This document shows positions 1 through 11,495 of a DNA stretch of 54,550 bases, one piece after another. The notes under the pieces were generated by a model. That model was given only the letters and a program-made list of their open reading frames with translations, ran no database searches and was not told the DNA's origin. Position 1 is the stretch's first letter; every line of letters begins with the position of its first letter. The translations under genes were made by a program, and so were the position numbers. Source of the DNA: Octopus sinensis (lineage: Eukaryota); contig NW_021833810.1 of NCBI RefSeq assembly GCF_006345805.1, positions 1 through 54,550 of the forward strand. Reading direction: 5' to 3'.

Positions 1-631
1 CCATAAGCTTGGCGATACCTGCTCATAGGCTTATGCAAAGTTTTCAAAAAGGGTTTCATCGTTCTCGACACAATCAAGGAGATCTTGCGTAACTGAAACC
101 CGAGTGTCTTTTTGATCAGCTGAAAGCAGTTTTTGCACAAATTTAGCAGACACGCGTTTTGTACCCACATCTTCAGTGATAATGGACTGAACTGAACCGT
201 AACTAATCTGTACATCTGATAACTAACGGATGGTGATTCGACGATTTCCTTTCGCAGCTGCACGCACATCTGCGATGGTTTTCTAAGTTCTGCTGTTTGA
301 GCCTCCCAGAACGTTCGTCAATATCGACATTTTTCCGGCCATCTTGGAAACGTCTAAACCACTCATATGCTTGTGTGCGGCTCATACACCCTTCTCCGTA
401 CACTTTCTTCACCATGACAACTTCCTCTGTCATAATCAATGCGATAACTACACGTTACACACGCGTTACTTCCAAGCACTGCTGTAAACAGCGGAAGAGA
501 GCTAGAACAATAAAACTTAGTGCGCATGCGTAGCAGAGTTCAAAGTCAAATTTTGCCAAACGGCTTCACTCTGTGTGCTTTAGCTTCGTTACTAAGGCAA
601 CGGTTCGGATACTTATTGATCAGACCACGTC
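1..631 (-). mobile_element. Non-autonomous mariner derivative with inverted 5' arm (copy 1; left end outside window)
   Basis: End sequence acgtggtctgatcaataagtatccg next to TA (632-633). Minus strand encodes KKVYGEGCMSRTQAYEWFRRFQDGRKNV..ERSGR (mariner HTH region). Bases 1-42 are an inverted copy of the ORF start. Confidence 0.8.
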
Positions 632-703
632 TATATACATACATATTATATATATATAATACATAGAATTACAAGCACACATGTATATGCATATGTATAT
701 ACG

Positions 704-742
<39 letters not shown>

Positions 743-775
743 GAACACCACTACACATATATAAAGAGCTGTATG

Positions 776-945
776 CACTGGCATAGCTAGAGTGCGTGCT
801 GCCCGGACGGCCCTTCCGTTTGCAGACCCTTGATTCCACAAAACACACATATTGCCTACAGCAATAGCCTACAACAAGATGGAAAGTGCCGCCCGGTGCG
901 GACTGCCCCTACCGCCCTCCTCATTCTATCCTAGCTACGGTAGTA
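776..945. mobile_element. hAT-like MITE
   Basis: Exact 8-bp TSD gctgtatg (768-775 and 946-953); imperfect TIRs cactggcatagctag / ctagctacggtagta. Confidence 0.65.
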
Positions 946-1339
946 GCTGTATGTAGGCATGCATATTAGTTTCGTTTCTACCCTAGATCCAAAGCCCCTT
1001 CATTGGACTTTCTACCCCTACAAAGTAGTCGTGTATGTATATATGTATGTATGTATGTGTTATATGTGCAAGTATTTGGAATAAGCGTATGTGGAAAATC
1101 CCTACGTTTTGCTTTATCTATGTATATTCAGATGGATGGATGGACGGATGGACGGACGAACGGATAAAATCAACTGGAGTTTAGCAAACAGCATGCTTCT
1201 CTGATATCTAAATGTGTCTTGTGGACACCTTTGTCTGCTATAGTCTGAAATAAATGTTTGTCGGAAACGGTACTACATTTTACATGTGTGTGTATGTGTG
1301 TGCGCGCGCGCGCGTATCTGGATGTATGTGTGTGTCCAC

Positions 1340-1527
1340 ATGGTTCCGGATTCAATCCCACTGTGTGATACCTTGGGAAAGTGTCTTCTGCTATAGCCCC
1401 GGGCCGACCAAAGCGACGGAGATTGAAAGAAGCCTGTCGTGTATATATATATATATATATCTATATGTGTGTGTGGTGTGTTGTGTGTGTGGTGTGTGTG
1501 TGTGTGTGTGGTGTGCGTGTGTGTGTG

Positions 1528-1560
<33 letters not shown>

Positions 1561-1758
1561 CGTGAGTGTGTGTCTGTGTTTGTTCTCCCACCATCGCTTG
1601 ACAACCGATGTTGGTGTGTTTTCATCTCCGTAACTCAGCAGTTCGACAAAAGAAATCGATAGAATAAGTAGTAGGCTTATAAAAAGTAAGTCCTGGGGTC
1701 GATTTGTTCGACTAAAGGCGGTGTTCTAGCATGGCCGCAGTCAAATGATTGAAACAAG
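1340..1758 (+). mobile_element. SINE family A (tRNA-like head, ccttgggcaagtgtctt core, internal microsatellite, ...gtcaaatgactgaaacaagtaaaagag tail)
   Basis: Near-identical blocks recur more than 12 times in the window. Confidence 0.8.
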
Positions 1759-1761
1759 AAC

Positions 1762-1868
<107 letters not shown>

Positions 1869-2917
1869 AAGACAGTCAGATAGACAGGAAAATGTGACGA
1901 GCACACACACACGCACATGCATGTATATATAATATAATTACTGAGTTTGAATATTCATGAAGGTATATATATTTATACATACTCACACAGACACATATAT
2001 ATGCACAAATGCATATGTATTACACATTTTATATATATACATTTATATATAATATATATAACACGCTATGCATATATGTGTGTATGTATGTATATATGTA
2101 TGCGTGTATATGCGTGTGTATATGTATGCATGCGTGTAGTTTTTGCGAATATTTGTAGTGTATTTATAAAGACAGACTGTCGGACTGACAGACAGACAGA
2201 GAGAAGAGCCGAGTGAGGGTGGGAGAAAGAGGGAAATACCTAAGACAGTATTGGAGGAGGAGGATGTGTATTAGGAGTAGGCGATAAATTTTGGTTACAG
2301 CTAGAAGTAGGGGGAAATACTCATCGAGAAAGAATTAGAGTAATGGGCGGAGGAGGAAAAGAACGTGCAACTATTTGCAGCGAAATTGTAAGATAACAAT
2401 AAGGAAGGTGGGGCAATATAGGCGTGGAATCACATATAAGAATATATACATATATTTGTATTAAATATATTTATATCATATATAAAGGGTCACGTTACAC
2501 AGTTGGGCGGGGATTTTAGTTATCGCGTGTATGAGGAAAAGAAGAATGCAGCTGGTAGTGGGCGTGTAGTTTAGCTGAATTGGAGGAGTGGTATGAGAAG
2601 AGGAGGAGTGAGTTGGAGATAAAGAAACAGAGAACAGAAGAGACAGGGAGAGAAAGCGCGGGAAAGATAGGGAGGAACTAGAGAAGAGAATTAAAGAGAA
2701 AAGGTGAAATGCAAATAGAGAGAGAGAAAGAGTTATTTGATATGCAAAAACGAGAGAGTGTGTATGTGTGAGAGAGAGAGAGAATGTTTGTAGGTGGAAA
2801 AAGGAAAGATAGTGTATGTGTTAGAGAGAGAGAGAGAAAAGAAGAGAAATGAAGACGTATAGAAAGGTATAACACTCGCGAAAGTAACAACTGATAATCG
2901 CGGTTGTTAATATGCCG

Positions 2918-3418
2918 ATGGTCAACGCGGCGAGCTGGCAGAAACGTTAGCACGCCGGGCGAAATGCGTAGCCGTATTTCGTCTGCCGTTACGTTCTGAG
3001 TTCAAATTCCGCCGAGGTCGACTTTACTCTTTTACTTGTTTCAGTCATTTGACTGTGGCCATGCTGGAGCACCGCCTTTAGTCGAACAAATCGACCCCAG
3101 GACTTATTCTTTGTAAGCCTAGAACTTATTCTACCGGTCTATTTTGCCGAACCGCTAAGTTACGAGGACGTAAATACACCAGCATCGGTTGTCAAGCAAT
3201 GTTGGGGGACAAACACAAACACACAAACATATACATACACATGTATATATATACGACGAGCTTCTTTCAGTTTACGTCAACCACATCCACTCACAAGGCT
3301 TTGGTCGGCCCGAGGCTATAGTAGAAGACACTTGCCCAAGGTCCCACGCAGTGGGACTGAACCCGGAACCATGTGGTTGGTAAGCAAGCTACATACCACA
3401 CAGCCACTCCTGCGCCTA
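2918..3418. mobile_element. SINE B head (+, ~2930-3025) abutting a full SINE A (-, ~3027-3418)
   Basis: Matches to the family B and family A copies elsewhere in the window. Confidence 0.75.
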
Positions 3419-4324
3419 TATTTGCCTTTCATTCTTTCGAGGTCGTTAAATTAAGTACCAGTTGCGTACTGGAGTCAAGCTAATTGCGTGAACCCCGCCC
3501 TCCTCAAAAATTTTGGGCCTTGTAAGTAGAAAAGAATGTCGATAGTCGTTTCTCTGCCACTCGGAAGATATATTTTGATGCAACAACAACAACAACAACA
3601 ACAATAACAACAACAACAATAATAATAATAATAATAATAATCATGGCTTTTGATCTTAACTGATTGGAAGTGTTATCATGTACTTTGTTTTGTCTTGGTA
3701 TAAAAGATGGGCTACAGCAAATATTCTGCTCAATACCACAGATTTGCTTGTCAGTTGTTTGACCTTAACCAGTTGAGCATGTCCCTTAGTGGCTGACGAT
3801 ATGTGCATCTCTGATCACGAGCAGAAGTAGTGGGGGAGCATCATAGCCATGTGTTCAGAGGGATTCTTTGAGGTTTGAATAATTCACCTCTGGAAACATG
3901 GATGTTTCATTCAACATCCTTAAACAACCCTTATTCAAGGACCGTTTGAGCGGGATGGGTTACTCGACCAGAAGAAAATTCTAACTGAGCTCCACCTGCA
4001 AGGTCATGTGCTGTTTATCTTCATATGAGATCACCATGTCACGTACATATGGTTGTGATACATGTGCCTAGTGTACCCTTATTAGACGGGTAGTCATGAT
4101 GGGTATACTGGGCTTCGTATATTTCACCCCAGTGTCACTTTGATGGCATGCACTGCTCTCTCACTCAGTAATAATAATAATTTTAAGCATTATTTTCATG
4201 AATGAGCACGTAAGGAAAAAGAAAAGCGCACGCGTCTGCAAACATGAGCGCAGGCACGGCCGTGAGCGTTACGAGTTCATTTCGCAGCCAAGTAGTTCCG
4301 GAGTGTGTGGCACCGTTAGACACT

Positions 4325-4661
4325 TTTACTTGTTTCAGTCATTATACCGTGGCCATGCTGGGGAACTGCCTTGAAGAATTTTTAATCGAATAAATCGACC
4401 CAGGATTTTTTTTTTTTTTTTTTGTAAGCCTGGTACTTATTTTTAAGCCTGGTTCTTTTGCCGAACCGCTAAGTTACGAGGACGAAAACACACCAGCACC
4501 GGTTGTCAAGCGGTGGTGGAGGGACAAACAAAGGCACGGACACACACACACACGCACACATGTATGTATGTGCGTGTCTATATATATATATGTATATGTA
4601 TACACACATGCACACACATATATACATACATACATGCATACATACATACACACACACGCAC

Positions 4662-4707
<46 letters not shown>

Positions 4708-4715
4708 GTATATAT
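4325..4715 (-). mobile_element. SINE A 3' half with expanded CA/TA microsatellite
   Basis: Match to family A. Confidence 0.7.
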
Positions 4716-5105
4716 ATTAGAGGGTTTGGGGATGATTTACAGGTATTATATATTAGAAGAAATAAGGTACTCAGAAATCTGGATGGTTTTATATTTACAG
4801 ATATTTATTAATATTTCACATGTTTTTATAAATCATATATTAGCGCTAGCGTCCACTCTAGTGGAGTCGTCAGATTGAACTTTTTCAGGAATTTTGTCTC
4901 TTTTTATAGTATCATGGAGTGTGTATGGGTGGAGAGAGATATAAGATAGTACAAGAGGGTGAGGAATGGGGGAAAGAAAGTGAGAGAGTGTGTATATATA
5001 TATATAATATATAATAATATATGTGTGTGTGTGTGTGTGGTGTGTGTGTGTGTGTGTGTTGTGTGTGTGTGTGTGTATACATATATAGTGTGTGTGTGCA
5101 TATAT

Positions 5106-5143
<38 letters not shown>

Positions 5144-5624
5144 ACTAGCTGAAGTACGGGGTAATACTTGCGAGCGGGGATATTCCCAGTACCCATTATA
5201 ATACTTGATTTCTCTCAGACGAAAAATGAAATCAAGACACAGGACAGATAATAAAAAGCGTAAGCAAATTTATTCAGGAAACTATAACACAAATAAATAC
5301 GTGTGGAATCGGAAAATGACAATCGTTTGGTCAGATGAGTGGAAAGCTGCAAATACGTAATCAATGGAAACATCAAGAAGGGAATTGTAAAGGAGTGCTA
5401 TGGTAAAAAAAAAAAAGAACATAAAAGTTTGAAAAGTAAACAAAAAATTATTCAGAGAAAAGAGATTTTAGACTTACAAAAATGGCTGGAGTGCAGAGGT
5501 GACAATGTGGCGATCATAAGAATCGTAAAATGCCATGAGGAGGGAAAAAAAGCATACAAAGATCATTTTGGGGCAAATCATCTTGCAACTCGAGAGAAAA
5601 TTTTAAATGAACATGCGCAGGAGT

Positions 5625-6029
5625 GGCTGTGTGGTAAGTAGCTTGCTAACCAACCACATGGTTTCGAGTTCAGTCCCACTGCGTGGCATCTTGGGCAAGT
5701 GTCTTCTGCTATAGCCCCGGGCCGACCAATGCCTTGTGAGTGGATTTGGTAGACGGAAACTGAAAGAAGCTTGTCGTATATATATATATATATATATAAG
5801 TGTGTGTGTATATGTTTGTGTGTCCGTGTTTGTCCCCCTAGCATTGCTTGACAACCGATGCTGGTGTGTTTACGTCCCCGTCACTTAGCGGTTCGGCAAA
5901 AGAGACTGATAGAATAAGTACTGGGCTTACAAAGAATAAGTCCCGGGGTCGATTTGCTCGACTAAAGGCGGTGCTCCAGCATGGCCGCAGTCAAATGACT
6001 GAAACAAGTAAAAGAGAGTAAAAGAGAGT
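5625..6029 (+). mobile_element. SINE A, full length
   Basis: gcgcaggagtggctgtgtggtaag head through the aagagagtaaaag tandem tail. Confidence 0.85.
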
Positions 6030-6039
6030 ATGCACTTAA

Positions 6040-6605
6040 TTTGACGACTGAACACGGATTTCAAAATTTTGGCCAAGGCGTTAGCAAAAAAGGTTGGCGC
6101 TTGTCGGGGAACTGATTGGTGATACACAAACATACGCAATCCCAAGCAGATCCATCCACGACAACCTCCATCTCGTGCAATACATCATAGACAGGGTGGG
6201 TAAGTAACCTGGCATGGGTGGGGCACTGATCAATTTGATAGGGTCGACCACCAATACTGGGCAGCCGTTCTCACGGTGGTCGGTTTCGGTCCCTTTTTCC
6301 TTGGCTGGATTGCTGCAATGTAAAGCAACATCTGCTCTGTAGTTCAGGTGAATGGTTACCTCGTCTGCCCTCGTCTATTCTGTATCTACTGACTCTGGAG
6401 CCACTACTGCGGGAATTGGAAGCGTTGAGAGGCATTCCGCGCGAGCTAGGGCGTGGGAGAACCGCATCCTCATACGTAGACAACGGTCACCGTCGTGGTG
6501 TCGAATTCCAGGCACATAGACCTGATCGGCACTGCTCTAAAAGAATACGTGACGGTGATAAGAGCAAAAATTAACAGAGAAAAGTTGGTGGGACCGCAGC
6601 TAACT
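6040..6605 (+). pseudogene. Degenerate reverse-transcriptase fragment of the same LINE family as 48.3-53.7 kb
   Basis: Translates as LNTDFKILAKALA...RSIHDNLHL...GGALINL..DRVDH with stops and frameshifts; compare LNTELKILAKVL...RSIQDNLHL...GGALVHL in the large copy. Confidence 0.8.
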
Positions 6606-6799
6606 GGCAGAATAATCATTAGCGGCATTTCGTCCGCCTTCATGTTCTGAGTTCAAGTTCCGCCGATATCGACTTTGCCTTTCATCCTTTCGGGTCGATG
6701 AAATACATACCAGTTGCGTACTGGAGTCAATATAATCGACTAGCCCCCTCCTCCCAAAAATATCAGGCCTTGTGCCTTTAATAGAAAGGATTATTATTA

Positions 6800-6830
<31 letters not shown>

Positions 6831-7080
6831 CATTATTATTATTATTATTATTATGAGTATGGGTATGGCGGCAAGCTGGCAGAATCGTAAACACGCCGGA
6901 CCGAATACTTAGCAGCAATTCGTCCGTCTTTACGTTCTGAGTTCAAATTCCGCCGAAGTTGACTTTGCTTTTTATCCTTTCTGGGTCGATAAATTAAGTA
7001 CCAGTTGCGTACTGGGGACGATGTAATCGACTGGCTCCCTCCCCACAAATTTAAGGTCTTGTGCCTATAGTAGAAAGGGT
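6600..7080 (+). mobile_element. Two SINE family B copies separated by (ATT)n
   Basis: ctggcagaa...gagttcaaattccgccga...gtcgactttgcctttcatcc...accagttgcgtactgg motif appears twice. Confidence 0.75.
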
Positions 7081-7129
7081 TATTATTGTTAAGAGTTTCA
7101 GCAGCAGCAACAGTAGTAGTAGTAGTAGA

Positions 7130-7163
<34 letters not shown>

Positions 7164-7339
7164 GCTGTTATTGTAGTGACAGGAATCCGGTAACATTTTT
7201 TTCACCCATCAACTAAGACCGCTTAAGCAATCAACTAAAATCTAATGCCAATTGCCAATTAACTAAAATGTTTGCTCTCTGAGACACAAAAAAAAATAAT
7301 TATCTTTTTTTTTTATTCATTAGCATGTGTACGATTTTG

Positions 7340-8000
7340 TGTGTGTGTTGTGTGTGTGTGCGTGTGCGCATGTGCGCGTGTATATACGTGTGTATATACG
7401 TGTGTATACGTATGTATGTGTGTCTGTAATTTACTCACTTGCTATTCTCTTCATTTCTTTTCTGTTCGTTCCAATAAAACATACACACAAACACACGTAC
7501 ACACGTTCAAACACACACACAAACACACACACACACGCATAAATACATAGAGAAAAAGTAAAGTTATGCATTTAAAATATGTATGCATGTGTATATGTAT
7601 GTGTATGTATGTATGTATGTATGTATTATGCATTTATGTTTGTGTGTATGTATGTATGTATGTATGTATGTATTTATGTGTGTGTGTGTATGTGTATGAA
7701 AGAATGAGTGTATTATGTTAGTACGTATGTACGTATGTGTGTATGTATGCAAGTGCGTGTATGCATGTGTGCATGTATGTATGTATTATGTATGCGTGTG
7801 TATGTATGCATGAATGCATCTATGTATGCATGTATGTATGTATGCATGCATGTATGTATGCATGCATGCATCTATGTATGCATGTATGTATGTATGTATG
7901 TCAGCGTGTGTGTATGTATGTATGCTTGTATGTATTCATGTATGTATGCATGTATGTATATCTGTATCCAGGATTGTATGTATATGTGTGTATGTATATA
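7340..8000. repeat. Compound (TG)n/(ATGT)n microsatellite field
   Basis: Direct reading. Confidence 0.95.
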
Positions 8001-9688
8001 TATTTCTTTATTACCCACAAGAGGCTAAACATAGAGGGGACAAACAAGGACAAAGTATTAAGTCGATTAAATCGACCCCAGTGCGTAACTGATACTTAAT
8101 TTATCGACCCCGAAAGGATGAAAGGCAAAGTCGACCTCGGCGGAATTTGAACTCAGAACGTAACGGCAGACGAAATACGGCTACGCATTTCGCCCGGCCT
8201 GCTAACGTTTCTGCCAGCTCGCCGCCTTATGCATATATGTATGTATGCATGCATGTATTTATGTATGTGTATGTATATATGTATGCATGTGTGTTTGAAC
8301 GTATATATGCGCGCGCGTGTGTGTATAACGGGCTTCTTTCAGTTTCCATCAACCAAATATACTCACAAGGCTTTGGTAGGCCCGGTACAACAAAGAAGAC
8401 ATTTGCCCAAGGTGCCACGCAGTGGAACTAAACCAGGAACCATATGGTTTGGGAAGCAAAGTTCTTTCCACCTAAATTAGTGAAAAATGAAACATATATA
8501 CTGAACTGATAAGAAATCATCTGTTGTTACATCCGGGTGGTGGTTTTAGATTTCTTATTTCTTTATTGCCCACATGGGGCTAAACATAGAGGGGACAAAC
8601 AAGGACAGACAAAGGGATTAAGTCGATTACATCGACCCCAGTGTGTAACTGGTACTTAATTTATCGACCCCCGAAAGGATGAAAGGCAAAGTCGACCTCT
8701 GCGGAATTTGAACTCAGAACGTAAAGACGGGAGAAATACCTATTTCTTTACTACCCACAAGGGGCTAAACACAGAGGGGACAAACAAGGACAGACAAAGG
8801 GATGAAGTCGATTATATCGAACTCAATGCGTAACTAGTACTTATTTAATCGACCCCGAGAGGATGAAAGGCAAAGTCGACCTCGGCGGAATTTGAACTCA
8901 GATCGTAGCGGCAGACGAAATACCGCTAAGCGTTTCGCCTGGCGTGCTAACGTTTCTGCCAGCTCGTCGACTTAGCATGCTAAAAATGTGTCATTGGGCT
9001 GCGGCCGCGCTCGTGTTCTACTTTGAAATGTTTAGTCGAACAAACCTATACCTCAGTAGTCTTTTTTGTTTTATTTTTTATTGCCTTTTTTAAGCCTAGT
9101 ACTTATCTTCTTTCTCCCTTCTTTCTGCTGAACCGCTAAGACACGGGGACATAAACAGACCAACATCGGTTGCCAAGCGGTGATAGGAAACAAACACAAT
9201 CACAGAGGCACATGCACATAGATACATGCATACACACACACACATATATATACGACTGGCTTTTCTCAGTTTCCTATTTCTTTATTGCCCACAAGAGGGT
9301 AAACATAGAGGGAACAAATAAGGACAGACAAAGGGGGCAAATCGATTACATCGACCCCAATGCGTAACTGGTACTTAATTTATCGACCCCGAAAGGATGA
9401 AAGGCAAAGTCGACCTCGGCGGAATTTGAACTCAGAACGCAACGGCAAGCGAAATACCTATTTCTTTATTACCCACAAGGGGCTAAACACAGAGGGGACA
9501 AACAAGGACAGAAAAACGGATTAAGTCGATTATATCGACCCCAGTGCGTAACTGGTACTTATTTAATCGACCCCAAAAGGATGAAAGGCAAAGTCGACCT
9601 AGGTGGAATTTGAACTCAGAACGTAAGGGCAGACGAAATACCGCTAAGTATTTCGCCCGGCGTGCTAACGTTTCTGCCAGCTCGCCGG
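8000..9688 (-). mobile_element. Cluster of about 5 SINE B copies plus SINE A fragments
   Basis: Repeated ttacccacaaggggctaaacacagaggggacaaacaaggacag...gaatttgaactcagaacg blocks. Confidence 0.85.
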
Positions 9689-9700
9689 CTTTTCTCAGTT

Positions 9701-9855
9701 TCCACCAACCAAATTCAACCACAAGGCTCTGGTAGGCCCGAGGTTATAGAAGGTACTTCTATAGAGGTTATAGAAGGTACTTCTATAGAGGTTATAGAAG
9801 GTACTTCTATAACCTCGGGCCTACCAGAGCCTTGTGGTTGAATTTGGTTGGTGGA
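9701..9855. repeat. Hairpin with 52-bp perfect arms and a 3x24-bp tandem core, inside a SINE A
   Basis: Arms 9701-9752 and 9804-9855. Unit gaggttatagaaggtacttctata at 9740, 9764 and 9788. Confidence 0.95.
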
Positions 9856-10177
9856 GACTGAACCTGAAACCATGTACTTAGGAAGCAAGCTTCTTACTAC
9901 ACAGTCACGTCTGTACCTAAATTAGTGGAAAATGAAACATCTATTACTGAACTGATAAGAAATCTGCCGTTACATCCGGGTTATAGTTTCAGATTTCTGC
10001 TGATAATTATTATAGCACGTGGCTATGTGAGACACTGCCTCGATACTAATTTTGGCAAGTTGGATTCCACAACCGAGAAAGAACACATCTTATCAAAAGA
10101 TTACGACTACAAGCAGTCGAAGGCACTGTTAAAATATGCAAAATGTTCGGGAAGTTCAACATCTAACAGTATCCAAA

Positions 10178-10863
10178 CACGTGGTCTGATCAATAAGTAT
10201 CCGGACTTATTATTGCCATAAAAAAGACGCTAAAGTACGCAGAGGGAAGCCGCTTGAGATAGATTGACCTTCAACTCAGCTGCGCATGCGCACAAAATTT
10301 TAACGCTCTAGCTCACTTCCGCTGTTTGCCGCAGTGCTTGGAAGGAACGTGTGTAGCGTGTGATCGTCGCATTGGACATGACAGATAAAGTTGAGCAGAG
10401 AATTTGCATCAAATTTTGCCAAAAGCTTGGCGATACCTGCTCCGAAGCCTACACTAAATTTTCAAAAAGTTTTTATCGTTCTCGGCACTATCAAGAACAT
10501 TTTATGCAACTGAAACCCGAGTGTCTCTTTGGTCAGCTGAAAGCAGTTTTGACACAAATTTGGTAGACATGCGTATCATACCCAAATCTTCAGTGATAAT
10601 GGACTGAACTGAACCGTAACTAATCTGCACAGCCTCTGATTACTCACGGATGGTGATTCGACGATTTCCCCTCAGAGGTGCACGCATATCTGCGATGTTT
10701 TTCTCAGTTCTGCTGGTTGTGGGTCTCCCAGTACGTTCGTCACTATCGACATGTTTTCGGCCATTTTGGTAATGTCTGAACCACTCGTACGCTTGTGTGC
10801 GATCCATACACTCCTCTCCATACACTTTCTGCAACTTTGCGTAGGTTTCTGGGCAGGTATCGC
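10178..10863. mobile_element. Non-autonomous mariner derivative with inverted 5' arm (copy 2; right end truncated)
   Basis: Same end sequence as copy 1. Plus strand MTDKVEQRICIKFCQKLGDTCSEAY, then minus strand LQKVYGEECMDRTQAYEWF...RRITIRE. Confidence 0.8.
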
Positions 10864-11114
10864 AGTGTCCTAGCTACAACATGATGACATTTTCAGACAA
10901 CTGCTTATGATGTGGGTGATATCTTCATGTGCTTATGTATGTATGTATGTATGTATGTATGTATGTATGTATGTGTGTGTGTATGTATGTGTATGTATGT
11001 GTGTGTGTATGTATCTATCTGCCTACCTGTCTGTTTATCTATCTATCTATCCACCTCTCTATCTGTCTATCTATTTATCTATCTATCAAGCCTCATAAAC
11101 ATATGCGTACATAT

Positions 11115-11495
11115 GTGGAGGCGCAATGGCCCAGTGGTTAGGGCAGCGGACTCGCGGTCACAGGATCGCGGTTTCGATTCCCAGACCTGGCGTTGTGAGT
11201 GTTTATTGAGCGAAAACACCTAAAGCTCCACGAGGTTCCGGCAGGGGATGATGGTGATCCCTGCTGTACTCTTTCACCACAACTTTCTCTCACTCTTACT
11301 TCCTGTTTCTGTTGTACCTGTATTTCAAAGGGCCGGCCTTGTCACTCTCTGTGTCACGCTGAATATCCCCGAGAACTACGTTAAGGGCACACATGTCTGT
11401 GGAGTGCTCAGCCACTTACACGTTAATTTCACGAGCAAGCTGTTCCGTTGTTTCGGATCAACCGGAACCCTCGTCGTCGTAACCGACGGAGTGCT
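11115..11495 (+). mobile_element. SINE family C (tRNA-derived)
   Basis: A-box tggcccagtgg, B-box ggtttcgattcc; 12-bp TSD atgcgtacatat (11103-11114 and 11504-11515). Confidence 0.9.

Noticed and set aside
3640-4170. ~530-bp moderately GC-rich block bounded by (AAT)n
   Set aside because: It looks like an interspersed repeat, but there is no second copy, TSD or ORF in the window to classify it.
5339-5641. 100-aa Lys-rich ORF with a CH...HFG pattern faintly like an integrase zinc-binding region
   Set aside because: A-rich composition, no second motif, and it runs into a SINE; not supportable.
9740-9811. CRISPR-like 24-bp palindromic repeats
   Set aside because: No spacers, no cas genes, eukaryotic context; explained as part of a fold-back rearrangement.
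11115-11195. tRNA gene-like A/B boxes (also at 16250, 28475, 30253, 34490 and 43035)
   Set aside because: These are heads of SINEs with body, tail and TSDs; no complete cloverleaf.
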